Shown here piece after piece: positions 9,261 through 18,748 of a stretch of 64,000 bases of DNA. Source of the stretch: Fidelibacterota bacterium MT.SAG.2 (GTDB taxonomy: Bacteria > Fidelibacterota > SORT01). Position 1 is the first letter of the stretch, and every line of letters begins with the position of its first letter. The stretch covers positions 9,705 to 73,704 of the forward strand of contig SORU01000006.1 in the NCBI GenBank assembly GCA_004402915.1, in the 5' to 3' direction. Position numbers and translations under genes: made by a program. Below the pieces are notes generated by a model. The model saw only the letters and a program-made list of their open reading frames with translations. It was not told the origin of the DNA and ran no database searches.

Positions 9261-10247
9261 ATGAACAATATTGATCTTCTATATTACGAAAATCGGTTAT
9301 GGGCGCGTGGAATAAAAAGGATTGCCGGTATGGATGAAGCAGGAAGGGGACCTCTTGCCGGACCGGTGGTCGCAGCGGCAGTTATTCTCGACCAACAGTC
9401 TGTTCCTGAAAATGTTAATGATTCTAAAAAACTCACTCCAGCAACCAGGGATATTCTTTTTGAAATTATCAAAGAAAAATCGTTGGACTATTCAGTCGGG
9501 ATAGTCTGGCAAGAGGAGATCGACAAGAGCGATATACTTCGCGCAACCCATCTCGCAATGAGAAAGGCGATTGGAAGTTTAAAACAAAAACCTGAACATC
9601 TGTTAGTTGACGGTAGAAGGTTTCCTGATAGTATTTTCGAACAAACGGCTATCATATCGGGTGATTCGCTCTCCGCCTCGATAGCTTCAGCATCTATTGT
9701 CGCGAAGGTTACCCGAGACAGGATCATGCTTCAAATCTCGAAAATATATCCTGAATATGAATTTGAAAAACATAAAGGATACGGTACCACAGCGCACATC
9801 GGTCAGATAAAGCAATTCGGTCCAAGTCCCGTACATCGCCACTCATTTAAACGAGTGAAAGGGATAAAGTCTAAGGTAAATTTAGATGAGCCGAAACAAC
9901 TTGGTAGGCATGGAGAAAAATTAGCATGTTTGGAACTGATCAAGGAAGGATATGAGATACTCGAACAAAATTATTGGGCTGGCAGCAGGGAATATGAATT
10001 GGATATTGTCGTAAAAAAAGATAACACCATTGTTTTTGTGGAGGTTAAATCAAAATATCATCAAGGGTTCGGTGAGCCGGAACAATGGGTGAGAGAGAAA
10101 AAGCAAGCGCAGATTTCAAAAGCAGCACAAAATTATATTGTTGAGAAAAATCCCAACGGTGAGGAATATAGGTTCGATGTGATCGCAATAAAATTTCTTA
10201 ATGATAAGTATAGAATGAAACACATTGAAGATGCATTCCGAATCTGA
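9261..10247 (+). CDS. rnhB: ribonuclease HII fused to a YraN (UPF0102) endonuclease-like domain
   Basis: The N-terminal ~210 aa has the RNase HII core IAGMDEAGRGPLAGPVVAAAV, DSKKL, HKGYGT. The C-terminal ~115 aa (LGRHGEKLACLELIKEGYEILEQNYW ... ELDIVVKKDNTIVFVEVKSK ... RFDVIAI) matches the YraN family pattern. Confidence 0.8.
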   Translation: MNNIDLLYYENRLWARGIKRIAGMDEAGRGPLAGPVVAAAVILDQQSVPENVNDSKKLTPATRDILFEIIKEKSLDYSVGIVWQEEIDKSDILRATHLAMRKAIGSLKQKPEHLLVDGRRFPDSIFEQTAIISGDSLSASIASASIVAKVTRDRIMLQISKIYPEYEFEKHKGYGTTAHIGQIKQFGPSPVHRHSFKRVKGIKSKVNLDEPKQLGRHGEKLACLELIKEGYEILEQNYWAGSREYELDIVVKKDNTIVFVEVKSKYHQGFGEPEQWVREKKQAQISKAAQNYIVEKNPNGEEYRFDVIAIKFLNDKYRMKHIEDAFRI

Positions 10248-11985
10248 TGGAGACCAATTGAAATCTAAAATAAGCTACTTTCTGATTCTATTTTCATTGC
10301 TGGGTTGTACAGGACAAAAACCTTCAGTTCAGAGCGAGCCTAAACCGTTTGGAGTTGTTGTCACTGTGGATAAATACGCCACTGAAGTTGGAAAAAAGAT
10401 ATTGCAGGAGGGAGGTAACGCAATTGATGCGGCGGTAGGCGTTGGTTTTACACTTGCCGTTACATACCCGAGAGCAGGGAATTTGGGTGGTGGCGGTTTT
10501 ATGGTATTGCGCTTGAAAGACGGCAGAAAAACAAGCATAGACTACAGAGAAAAAGCGCCGCAAAGATCTTCTCGTGATATGTACCTGGATTCGGACGGAA
10601 ATCATATTACGCAATTATCTGTAGAAGGATACCTTTCTGTCGGGGTACCCGGAAGCGTAGCGGGAATGCTCTATGCGCTTGAAAATTACGGGACGATGTC
10701 TATAGAGGACGTTCTTATGCCGTCATATTTATTAGCATTGGAGGGATTTGAGGTGGACTCTAATTTTGCTGCTTCCCTGCATGAAAGAATAGCTGTGTTT
10801 CGCAAATACACTTCTACAGCAAATATTTTCTTGAAGGATTCGGTAACGACTTATGAGGAAGGAGATCTGTTTAGGCAAACTGATTTAGCCGAAACAATTG
10901 ACCGGATAATAAAGTTTGGTGGAGCAGGGTTTTATGACGGCTTGACTGCAGAGCTATTTGAATCTACGATGATAAAATATGGAGGTATAATCAGTAAGGT
11001 TGATCTGTTTTCTTATGAAGCTATAGAACGTGAACCTCTGGTGGGGAACTATCGTGGTTATGATATAATCAGCATGCCTCCGCCAAGTTCGGGGGGTGTA
11101 GTGATGATAGAAATATTAAACATCTTGGAAGAGTTTGAACCGCATACGGTTGTTCCACTGACCAGTGCCTACATAAAAACATATGTTGAAGCGTCAAAAT
11201 ACGCTTTTGCGGATCGGGCGGAACAACTCGGCGACACCGACTTTTATCCTGTTCCGGTAAACGCCTTGATATCAAAGGAGTATGCTAAGACAATCGTTGA
11301 TAAGATCGGGATCAACAGCGTAACTCCAAGCGATAAAATACTGCATCAGAATAAGGCTTGGCTCGATTCGGTCGAAACTTTGATTAAAAATGAAGGTATC
11401 GAAACGACTCATTACTGTATCATAGACAAATGGGGAAACGCTGCATCAGTAACTACGACATTAAACTCTTATTACGGTTCCAAAGTAGTGGTAGAGGGAG
11501 CCGGTTTTTTATTGAACAACGAAATGGATGATTTTGCCGCAAAGTTCGGTTCTCCCAATATGTTCGGATTGGTGCACGGCGAAGCCAACGCCATTGAGCC
11601 TAACAAGAGAATGTTGAGCTCTATGTCTCCAACTATAGTTGAGAAGGATGGAGAGGTTGTTCTAATCACCGGCTCGCCGGGAGGAAGCAGAATTATCTCC
11701 GCTGTAACTCAAATTATCCTTTATTATATAGATTTTGGAATGGAACCGGATGAGGCTGTAACTCAGCCGAGAGTACATCACCAGTGGTTACCTGATATTT
11801 TGTATTACGAATCGGGAGCACTGTCCGATTCGATGATCTTCGATTTGGAAAAGATGGGATATGATCTGAAGAAGAGAAAAGCTATTGGCAATACTCACCT
11901 GATAGGAAGATCACATTCATCAGGAATTATGATCCCTATTCCTGATATGCGCAGAGGTGGACACGGGGCTATTGTCATAGATTAA
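10231..11985 (+). CDS. ggt: gamma-glutamyltransferase, lipoprotein-anchored
   Basis: Autoprocessing/catalytic region ETTHYCIIDKWGNAASVTTTLN, plus GFLLNNEMDDF and GSPGGSRII. N-terminal lipobox LLGC. The start is ambiguous between TTG 10225 and ATG 10231. Confidence 0.9.
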   Translation: MHSESDGDQLKSKISYFLILFSLLGCTGQKPSVQSEPKPFGVVVTVDKYATEVGKKILQEGGNAIDAAVGVGFTLAVTYPRAGNLGGGGFMVLRLKDGRKTSIDYREKAPQRSSRDMYLDSDGNHITQLSVEGYLSVGVPGSVAGMLYALENYGTMSIEDVLMPSYLLALEGFEVDSNFAASLHERIAVFRKYTSTANIFLKDSVTTYEEGDLFRQTDLAETIDRIIKFGGAGFYDGLTAELFESTMIKYGGIISKVDLFSYEAIEREPLVGNYRGYDIISMPPPSSGGVVMIEILNILEEFEPHTVVPLTSAYIKTYVEASKYAFADRAEQLGDTDFYPVPVNALISKEYAKTIVDKIGINSVTPSDKILHQNKAWLDSVETLIKNEGIETTHYCIIDKWGNAASVTTTLNSYYGSKVVVEGAGFLLNNEMDDFAAKFGSPNMFGLVHGEANAIEPNKRMLSSMSPTIVEKDGEVVLITGSPGGSRIISAVTQIILYYIDFGMEPDEAVTQPRVHHQWLPDILYYESGALSDSMIFDLEKMGYDLKKRKAIGNTHLIGRSHSSGIMIPIPDMRRGGHGAIVID

Positions 11986-12006
11986 AATGGAGATAAAAAT
12001 TTTACG

Positions 12007-12867
12007 ATGAAATTGTACGGCTGGATAGGATTGCTTATAATCGGATTGGCGGGGGTCGGACTTGTCGCAAAAAACAGTTTCGTCCTGAGTTATATGACTC
12101 CACTCTCATGGACCGGATATATCATGTTCATGGATGCCTTAATGTTCAGGCTGAACGGTTTTTCATATATTCTCAAGAAAAGAAGAGAATTTTATTGGAT
12201 GTTGCCTTGGTCGGCTCTCTGCTGGCTGTTATTTGAAGGTTATGATCTTCATATGAACAACTGGCATTATGTGGGGACACCGGATTTTCTTCCTGAGTAT
12301 TGGCTCTCCTCAGCATGGTCATTCGCCACGATCTTTCCCGGAATACTGTTGACTTATCAATTCGTAAAATATTTTAAACTTTTTGATAAGGTTAGAATCA
12401 AACCGTGGAAGATCGGTAAAAGAATGATGAAGGGATATCTGATTACCGGACTGATTCTAATTACTATTCCATTTGCTTTTAAGGCAGATATAGCTGCTTA
12501 CATGTATGCATTTGTATGGTCTGGTTATGTATTCCTTCTTGAACCGATAAATGAGTGGCTCGGCGGGAAATCGTTTTTGCCGGATTTGAGGGAGGGAAAG
12601 CCGGCTAAACTATTAAATTTATTTGTTGCCGGGATCATCTGTGGGCTTCTGTGGGAGTTCTGGAATTATTGGGCATACACGAAATGGATCTACACGGTTC
12701 CCGGCATACTCGGAGAGGGACCAAAGTATTTTGAAATGCCTATAATTGGTTTCTTGGGATTTTTACCATTTTCAGCTGAAGTCTATTCAATGCAAAATTT
12801 TCTTATGGCTATCTTGAATAAGTATTCGTCTGAATCGGTCGTTGAATCATCTGCGGAGATTAATTAA
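12007..12867 (+). CDS. polytopic membrane protein of unknown function
   Basis: 286 aa with multiple hydrophobic, Trp/Tyr-rich segments. I recognise no family. Confidence 0.55.
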   Translation: MKLYGWIGLLIIGLAGVGLVAKNSFVLSYMTPLSWTGYIMFMDALMFRLNGFSYILKKRREFYWMLPWSALCWLLFEGYDLHMNNWHYVGTPDFLPEYWLSSAWSFATIFPGILLTYQFVKYFKLFDKVRIKPWKIGKRMMKGYLITGLILITIPFAFKADIAAYMYAFVWSGYVFLLEPINEWLGGKSFLPDLREGKPAKLLNLFVAGIICGLLWEFWNYWAYTKWIYTVPGILGEGPKYFEMPIIGFLGFLPFSAEVYSMQNFLMAILNKYSSESVVESSAEIN

Positions 12868-12869
12868 CT

Positions 12870-13802
12870 GTGTGGGAATGGGGCAAAAGTATCACCGATG
12901 TTCCGGGTCTCAGTGTTGGAGTCGCTCAGAATGGGGAAGCTCAGACAGGATGCACCGTTGCTCTGTTCAGGGATGGAGCGGTAGCAGGAGTTGACGTCAG
13001 GGGTTCGGCTCCGGGTAGCAGCGAGATAGAGGCAATAAAACCCGTCAGGGTGGTCGACAAGATTCACGGTGTACTACTGACAGGGGGGAGCGCATTCGGA
13101 CTGAGCGCCGCCGGTGGTGTGATAAAATATCTCGAGGAAGAGGGCATTGGATATGATGTTACTGTAACTAAAGTACCAATAGTTCCTACTGCAGTGATTT
13201 TCGACCTGAGGGTTGGATCCTCAAAGATTCGACCCGATTTGGAGATGGGATACGAAGCCGCGAAAAACGCTTCAACAGCGCATCCTGCAATCGGATTACA
13301 CGGGGTCGGTATAGGCGCATCTGCGGGAGGAATCTCAGGCGGAGATAGAAGCAGAGGAGGATTTGGAACCACGTCAATTCATATCGATGATAAAATAACA
13401 GTGGGTGTGATGACCGTAGCAAATCCAATGGGAAACGTATTCGACAATAAATCGGGAAAGGTCATCGCCGGAAATCTTGACAGAAATAAATGGATACTGC
13501 CCAAATCAGGCGAACCGTGGATAGAAAATACTGTTCTTGTCCTCGTCGCAACCAATGCCAAATTGAACAAAGAGGAAGCAACAAAAGTAGCGCAAATGGC
13601 GCAAGACGGTATCGCAAGGACGATAATCCCCTCACATACAATGCACGACGGAGATGTGGTGTTTGCCGTTTCCACAGGCAGCGAGGAGTGTAACATAAAC
13701 GTGATCGGGGATGCGGCGGCGGAAGCGGTAGCGTATTCAATTATTTTGGGAGTTTCCGCTGCGAACGGAATAGAACTTGACACAACTATCAGGAAACTAT
13801 AA
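12870..13802 (+). CDS. P1 (S58, DmpA/L-aminopeptidase-like) family peptidase
   Basis: ITDVPGLSVGVAQN ... TGCTVALF ... GVDVRGSAPGS ... LLTGGSAFGL is the DmpA/P1 family pattern. GTG start 2 nt after the upstream stop. Confidence 0.75.
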   Translation: MWEWGKSITDVPGLSVGVAQNGEAQTGCTVALFRDGAVAGVDVRGSAPGSSEIEAIKPVRVVDKIHGVLLTGGSAFGLSAAGGVIKYLEEEGIGYDVTVTKVPIVPTAVIFDLRVGSSKIRPDLEMGYEAAKNASTAHPAIGLHGVGIGASAGGISGGDRSRGGFGTTSIHIDDKITVGVMTVANPMGNVFDNKSGKVIAGNLDRNKWILPKSGEPWIENTVLVLVATNAKLNKEEATKVAQMAQDGIARTIIPSHTMHDGDVVFAVSTGSEECNINVIGDAAAEAVAYSIILGVSAANGIELDTTIRKL

Positions 13803-13829
13803 TTTCTTCTTAACGTATAATTAAGGAAT

Positions 13830-14501
13830 ATGATGGCAAAAATTAAAAGTATGGATAAAATCGTTCAAAATGTGAAGTCGATCTTAGGCATAATTCTCAC
13901 AGCTCTTATTATCAAGGCAACAATAGTTGAAGCTTACCAAATACCGACAGGTTCGATGGAGGATACGATTCTCGTCGGTGATTTTATTCTCGGAAATAAA
14001 TTCATATTCGGCATCAGGATACCGGGTACCGATTGGAGGTTACCGGCATTTAAAGATCCGCAGCAGGGTGATATAATTATATTCAAGTATCCACGTGATC
14101 CGAGCCAGAATTATATTAAAAGAGCTATTGCTGTTGGGGGACAAACCGTAGAAGTAAAAAATAAGAAAGTTTATGTTGACGGCAAACTAATGGAGTTCCC
14201 CGAACATGGAAAATATTCCGATCCCAATATTCGCAGTAAATCGATGAGAGAGGGTTTGATCTACCCCAAGGGCGCAGGAAATAGAGATAATTATGGTCCG
14301 ATAAAAGTTCCTGAGGGACAAATATTTGTCATGGGAGACAATCGCGACGAGAGTTATGACAGCCGTTATTGGGGTTTTGTACCCGAAAAGAATCTGCTCG
14401 GCGAAGGAATGATAATTTACTGGTCATGGGATAAAACAATTCCACTATATAATATATTTGAAAAAGTACGTTGGTCCCGGATAGGCAAAATTCTAAGCTA
14501 G
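13830..14501 (+). CDS. lepB: signal peptidase I
   Basis: GSMEDTILVGDFIL (catalytic Ser box), IKRAIAVGGQTVEV and VMGDNRDESYDSRYWGFVP. Confidence 0.9.
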   Translation: MMAKIKSMDKIVQNVKSILGIILTALIIKATIVEAYQIPTGSMEDTILVGDFILGNKFIFGIRIPGTDWRLPAFKDPQQGDIIIFKYPRDPSQNYIKRAIAVGGQTVEVKNKKVYVDGKLMEFPEHGKYSDPNIRSKSMREGLIYPKGAGNRDNYGPIKVPEGQIFVMGDNRDESYDSRYWGFVPEKNLLGEGMIIYWSWDKTIPLYNIFEKVRWSRIGKILS

Positions 14502-15658
14502 CCAAACAGGCGGGCATTTATCTTCATATCCCTTTCTGCATTGTTAAGTGTCCATATTGCGACTTTTATTCGATTGAAAACGAAGAGGATGATCTCGACA
14601 GCAGGGAACATTTTGTTAAAGCTCTCATTAAGGAGATCGGAGACAGCACTTTTGCCGGAGCCGGAATAAGCACGATTTATTTTGGGGGTGGCACTCCGAG
14701 TATGCTTGAGGGAAAACAAATCGACAGAATATTATCATGCTTGAGAGATAATTTTGATCTAAACGCAGATGCGGAAATTACTTTAGAGCTAAATCCCGGT
14801 GAGATAGATATTGAACGACTTGCGGATTATAGAGATTCAGGAGTGAACAGGCTAAGCATGGGCGCTCAATCGTTCCAATCTGAAGAACTTAAAACTTTAG
14901 GCAGATTACATCAACCTGAAGATGTGTTTAAAGCGGCTGAAATGATCGGTCAAGCGGGATTCGATAACTTTAACATTGACCTGATGTACGCCGTACCCGG
15001 TCAGACGCTTGAGTCTGTCTCGGAGAACGTATTATCAGCTGTAGATCTTGAGCCTAAACATATATCCGTTTATTCACTCACATATGAAAAGGGCACGCCA
15101 TTTTATACTATGAAACTCGATGGCGTTTTAAATCCTGTTGATGAGAATCTGGAGCGGGATATGTCGGAGAGTGTAATTGATATTCTTGGGAGATCCGGAT
15201 ACGAACGTTATGAAATTTCTAATTATTCATTGGAAGGGTTCGAGTCTAAACATAATTCATCTTATTGGAACGGCTCTCCTTATTATAGCTTCGGACCATC
15301 CGCTCATTCGTTCGACGGCGCTGATAGATGGTGGAATATTCGAGATGTAGGCGCATATGTCAAAAAAATAAACTCGAATGAGTCTGCAATTGCGGGAAAA
15401 GAATCTTTAAGTGAAGAACAATTGATATTCGAGCGGATCTTATTACGGTTAAGAACATGCTCCGGATTGCATATACCTTCATTTGAATCTGAATTCGAAC
15501 TGAAATTTTCGGAGAAGTTCCAACGGCAAATAAATGAGTTGGACAAGATGAATAAGAATGGAGAAGAGCCTATATATTCATACGTTGACTCGTATTTCCG
15601 GCTTACCGGAAGAGGATTGAGATATTCGGATGAAATATCCGAGCTGTTTGCGCCTTAG
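14471..15658 (+). CDS. hemW: radical SAM heme chaperone HemW (HemN-like)
   Basis: YLHIPFCIVKCPYCDFYS radical-SAM cluster motif and a HemN-like C-terminus. The only in-frame start upstream of the motif is TTG 14471, which overlaps the lepB end. Confidence 0.8.
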   Translation: MVPDRQNSKLAKQAGIYLHIPFCIVKCPYCDFYSIENEEDDLDSREHFVKALIKEIGDSTFAGAGISTIYFGGGTPSMLEGKQIDRILSCLRDNFDLNADAEITLELNPGEIDIERLADYRDSGVNRLSMGAQSFQSEELKTLGRLHQPEDVFKAAEMIGQAGFDNFNIDLMYAVPGQTLESVSENVLSAVDLEPKHISVYSLTYEKGTPFYTMKLDGVLNPVDENLERDMSESVIDILGRSGYERYEISNYSLEGFESKHNSSYWNGSPYYSFGPSAHSFDGADRWWNIRDVGAYVKKINSNESAIAGKESLSEEQLIFERILLRLRTCSGLHIPSFESEFELKFSEKFQRQINELDKMNKNGEEPIYSYVDSYFRLTGRGLRYSDEISELFAP

Positions 15659-15737
15659 GCAGGCATTAACAATTGAAAATGCTTGACTTTAAAGCGTTAT
15701 TTAAGCGTTATTGTTTCTAACGAGAGGAACTGAATTC

Positions 15738-17054
15738 ATGATTTTCGGAAGATTTTATCTTTATTTGATAAGCAATTTGCTTCTTTCATTCAGCATTGCG
15801 TTTGCTTCCAATCCTGATTCAACCTCTCAATCAATATTTTATGTCATTACAATCGAAGGAGTGATAAATCCCGTTAGCGCGGAGTATATTGTCAATTCGA
15901 TAGCGGAAGCTGAATTAAATAACGCTGACGGATTAATAATCGAGCTCGATACTCCCGGCGGATTGATGGAATCGATGCGCCAGATAGTAAAAGCGGAGCT
16001 CGAGGCTGAAGTTCCTATCATCGTCTACGTGGCTCCATCCGGTTCGAGGGCAGGTTCGGCGGGTGTATTCATCACGCTTGCCGCTCACATAGCTGTTATG
16101 GATAACGGAACGAATATTGGAGCTGCGCATCCTGTAGGTGTGGGTGGATCTTCCCCTGATTCAGGCAGCGTAATGTGGGATAAGATAACCAATGATGCCG
16201 TGGCGCAGATACGATCCATTGCAGAAAAGCGTAATAGAAATGCTGATTGGGCGGAGAAATCTGTTTCTGAAAGCGCATCTATAACGGAGATAGAAGCGTT
16301 GGAATTTCGTGTGATAGATTATATCTCCCCAAATATCAAAAGCCTGTTAGAAGCAATTGACGGAGATACTGTACTGCTTGAGTCAAAGCAGGTAGTATTG
16401 AACACAAAAGCCGCGAAAATAATTCGTAAGGAGGCGGGACTCAGATACAGGTTTCTGTTAAAACTTTCAGATCCTAACATCGCCTATCTCTTCATGATGC
16501 TCGGTTTCTACGGACTGTTCTTTGAATTTTCAAATCCGGGCGCGCTTGTTCCGGGGATACTCGGCGGTATTTTTATTATATTGGCTTTATTCAGTTTTCA
16601 AACGCTGCCGATAAATTGGGCGGGGGTTGCTCTTATCCTCTTTGCTATTGTATTATTCATCTTGGAGATTAAAGTTATTAGTTATGGAGGTTTAACCTTA
16701 GGTGGAGTTGTTTCTATGGTACTTGGATCAATTATGTTGATAGATTCTCCATTGCCGGCAATGAGAGTGAGTTTATCCATGATCATTCCTGTTGTATTCT
16801 TTACTGCGGCATTCTTTCTTTTTACTATGTATCTTTATTACAAGGCACAAAAGAGGAAAATTACCACAGGGAAAGAGGCGCTGATAGGCGAGACAGGCGT
16901 CGCCCGTTCTGATGTGAAGGAGTCAGGAGAAGTAAATGTTCATGGTGAAATATGGAACGCTTATAGCGATGAGCAGATCTCGTCCGGAGAAAGCGTAGAA
17001 ATAATTTCCGTTTACAGATTGAAAGTGAAAATTAAAAAGAAATCAACTAATTAA
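15738..17054 (+). CDS. NfeD-family membrane-bound ClpP-class serine protease
   Basis: IEGVINPVSAEYI ... LDTPGGL ... ClpP-like N-domain, central TM block and C-terminal OB (NfeD) domain. It lies directly upstream of an SPFH gene, the usual pairing. Start chosen at ATG 15738 within the ORF that opens at 15711. Confidence 0.8.
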   Translation: MIFGRFYLYLISNLLLSFSIAFASNPDSTSQSIFYVITIEGVINPVSAEYIVNSIAEAELNNADGLIIELDTPGGLMESMRQIVKAELEAEVPIIVYVAPSGSRAGSAGVFITLAAHIAVMDNGTNIGAAHPVGVGGSSPDSGSVMWDKITNDAVAQIRSIAEKRNRNADWAEKSVSESASITEIEALEFRVIDYISPNIKSLLEAIDGDTVLLESKQVVLNTKAAKIIRKEAGLRYRFLLKLSDPNIAYLFMMLGFYGLFFEFSNPGALVPGILGGIFIILALFSFQTLPINWAGVALILFAIVLFILEIKVISYGGLTLGGVVSMVLGSIMLIDSPLPAMRVSLSMIIPVVFFTAAFFLFTMYLYYKAQKRKITTGKEALIGETGVARSDVKESGEVNVHGEIWNAYSDEQISSGESVEIISVYRLKVKIKKKSTN

Positions 17055-17064
17055 GAGGTAGATA

Positions 17065-17820
17065 ATGGCACAAATTGTACTGATAGTAATAGTGGTGATA
17101 TTTTTTCTGACCAGCGCTCTCAAAGTGGTCAGGGAATACGATAGGGGAGTTATATTCCGGCTCGGACGATTGATCGGCGCGAAGGGACCGGGACTGATAA
17201 TACTCATACCTATTATTGATAAGATGGTTAAGGTCAGTCTTAGAGTCGTCACTCTTGACATACCCTCTCAGGATATTATTACAAAGGATAACGTTTCAGT
17301 GAAGGTAAACGCGGTATTATATTTCAGAGTAGTTGATCCTCAGAAAGCTATCGTTGAAGTCGAGGATTATCTCTTCGCCACCGGACAGTTGGCGCAAACG
17401 ACTCTTAGAAGCATTCTCGGTCAGGTTGAACTCGATGAATTACTTGCCAACAGGGATGAGATTAATGATAAAATGCAAAAAATCGTTGACGAACAAACGG
17501 ATGCATGGGGAATAAAAGTTTCACTTGTCGAGCTTAAACATGTTGACCTTCCCACCGAAATGCAGCGAGCAATGGCGAAGCAAGCCGAAGCGGAAAGAGA
17601 TCGACGGGCGAAAATAATTCACGCTGAAGGAGAATTCCAAGCATCCGAAAAACTTGCGGCTGCGGCGGAGATAATCGGAAAACAACCTGCGGCGCTCCAA
17701 TTGAGATATTTGCAGACGTTGACTGAAGTAGCGGCAGAAAATAATTCTACTTTGATATTTCCATTCCCTATTGAATTTTTAAAGGCATTCAGTCAGTTTA
17801 CGGATAAAACTACAGACTAA
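17065..17820 (+). CDS. SPFH/band-7 (stomatin-like, slipin) protein
   Basis: [14 protein letters not shown] ... [18 protein letters not shown] ... and a coiled-coil [11 protein letters not shown] tail. Confidence 0.9.
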   Translation: MAQIVLIVIVVIFFLTSALKVVREYDRGVIFRLGRLIGAKGPGLIILIPIIDKMVKVSLRVVTLDIPSQDIITKDNVSVKVNAVLYFRVVDPQKAIVEVEDYLFATGQLAQTTLRSILGQVELDELLANRDEINDKMQKIVDEQTDAWGIKVSLVELKHVDLPTEMQRAMAKQAEAERDRRAKIIHAEGEFQASEKLAAAAEIIGKQPAALQLRYLQTLTEVAAENNSTLIFPFPIEFLKAFSQFTDKTTD

Positions 17821-17944
17821 ATCAGTCAAAACTGATAGATTCAAAGGTAATGGATAATACATCGATTATTATATTTCTACCTTACTATCAGAGCGTTACT
17901 GAATAGTATAAGAAATATAAGATGCGAATTAGGAGAAAGTTAGA

Positions 17945-18514
17945 TTGAATATAAATAGGTTGATATTAATTTTAGGTATTGCAGCAATTTCGTTTGGCTC
18001 TTGTTCGTCTGATAATTCTGCGATTAAGATTGAAGCAAAATCGTTGTCTCTCGAAGAATCTGAACTTCGGAAAATGCCGGACTTCAAACTAACATACCTT
18101 GACGGTAAACCGTTTGACTCAAAATCACTTGAAGGTAAAGTTTTGTTTATAGATTTTTGGGCAACATGGTGCGGACCTTGTCTCCATGAGATACCGAGTA
18201 TGGTCGAGATGGGCCAAAAGTATAAGGAGTATGGGTTTGAGGTTGTCGGTATTACAGTACAGTCCGGCGATTCGGAGGATATTCAGCCGACTATAGACAG
18301 GCTAAATATGGATTACCATGTGCTTATTGGCGATGAAGAAACGATGAGCGCGTTCGGAGGTATTTATGGATTCCCTACAAATTTTCTTATCACTAAAAAA
18401 GGTAACATTTATAGAAAATTCTTGGGAGTCTATCCAAACAAAGCAGAGGTCGTGGAAAAGGATATTAGGTTCCTTCTTGGTTTAGATGAGAAGCCAATTG
18501 AAGATATTGGATGA
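17945..18514 (+). CDS. TlpA-family thiol:disulfide oxidoreductase lipoprotein
   Basis: FWATWCGPC thioredoxin motif, lipobox FGSC, and a TTG start preceded by AGGAGA. Confidence 0.8.
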   Translation: MNINRLILILGIAAISFGSCSSDNSAIKIEAKSLSLEESELRKMPDFKLTYLDGKPFDSKSLEGKVLFIDFWATWCGPCLHEIPSMVEMGQKYKEYGFEVVGITVQSGDSEDIQPTIDRLNMDYHVLIGDEETMSAFGGIYGFPTNFLITKKGNIYRKFLGVYPNKAEVVEKDIRFLLGLDEKPIEDIG

Positions 18515-18648
18515 AATTATATAATAAATGAAACTATTCTACAGTAATAGCGTATATTAGGTAGATATGAAAGTTATGATACGAATAGGAAGAATTAGAT
18601 AACGAAAGACTTCACCTAAGACCCACAGAAAACCCCTACGAAAACAAA

Positions 18649-18686
18649 AACGGTGACCGAGCAATCAGTCACCGTTTCTCTTTTAT
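18649..18686 (+). terminator. rho-independent terminator
   Basis: 9-bp stem AACGGTGAC / GTCACCGTT followed by TCTCTTTTATATT. Confidence 0.6.
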
Positions 18687-18748
18687 ATTATATTGTAACT
18701 TCAAAACATCGTTGTTAATTTCATAAAGACAAAAAGAAAGAATTACTT

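Noticed and set aside
13064-13783. Five overlapping ORFs on both strands inside the P1 peptidase gene (60-134 aa)
   Set aside because: They are shadow ORFs typical of a locally G+C-rich coding region, and the plus-strand peptidase frame has clear family motifs. The same reasoning applies to 58478..58930 inside the hydrolase gene.
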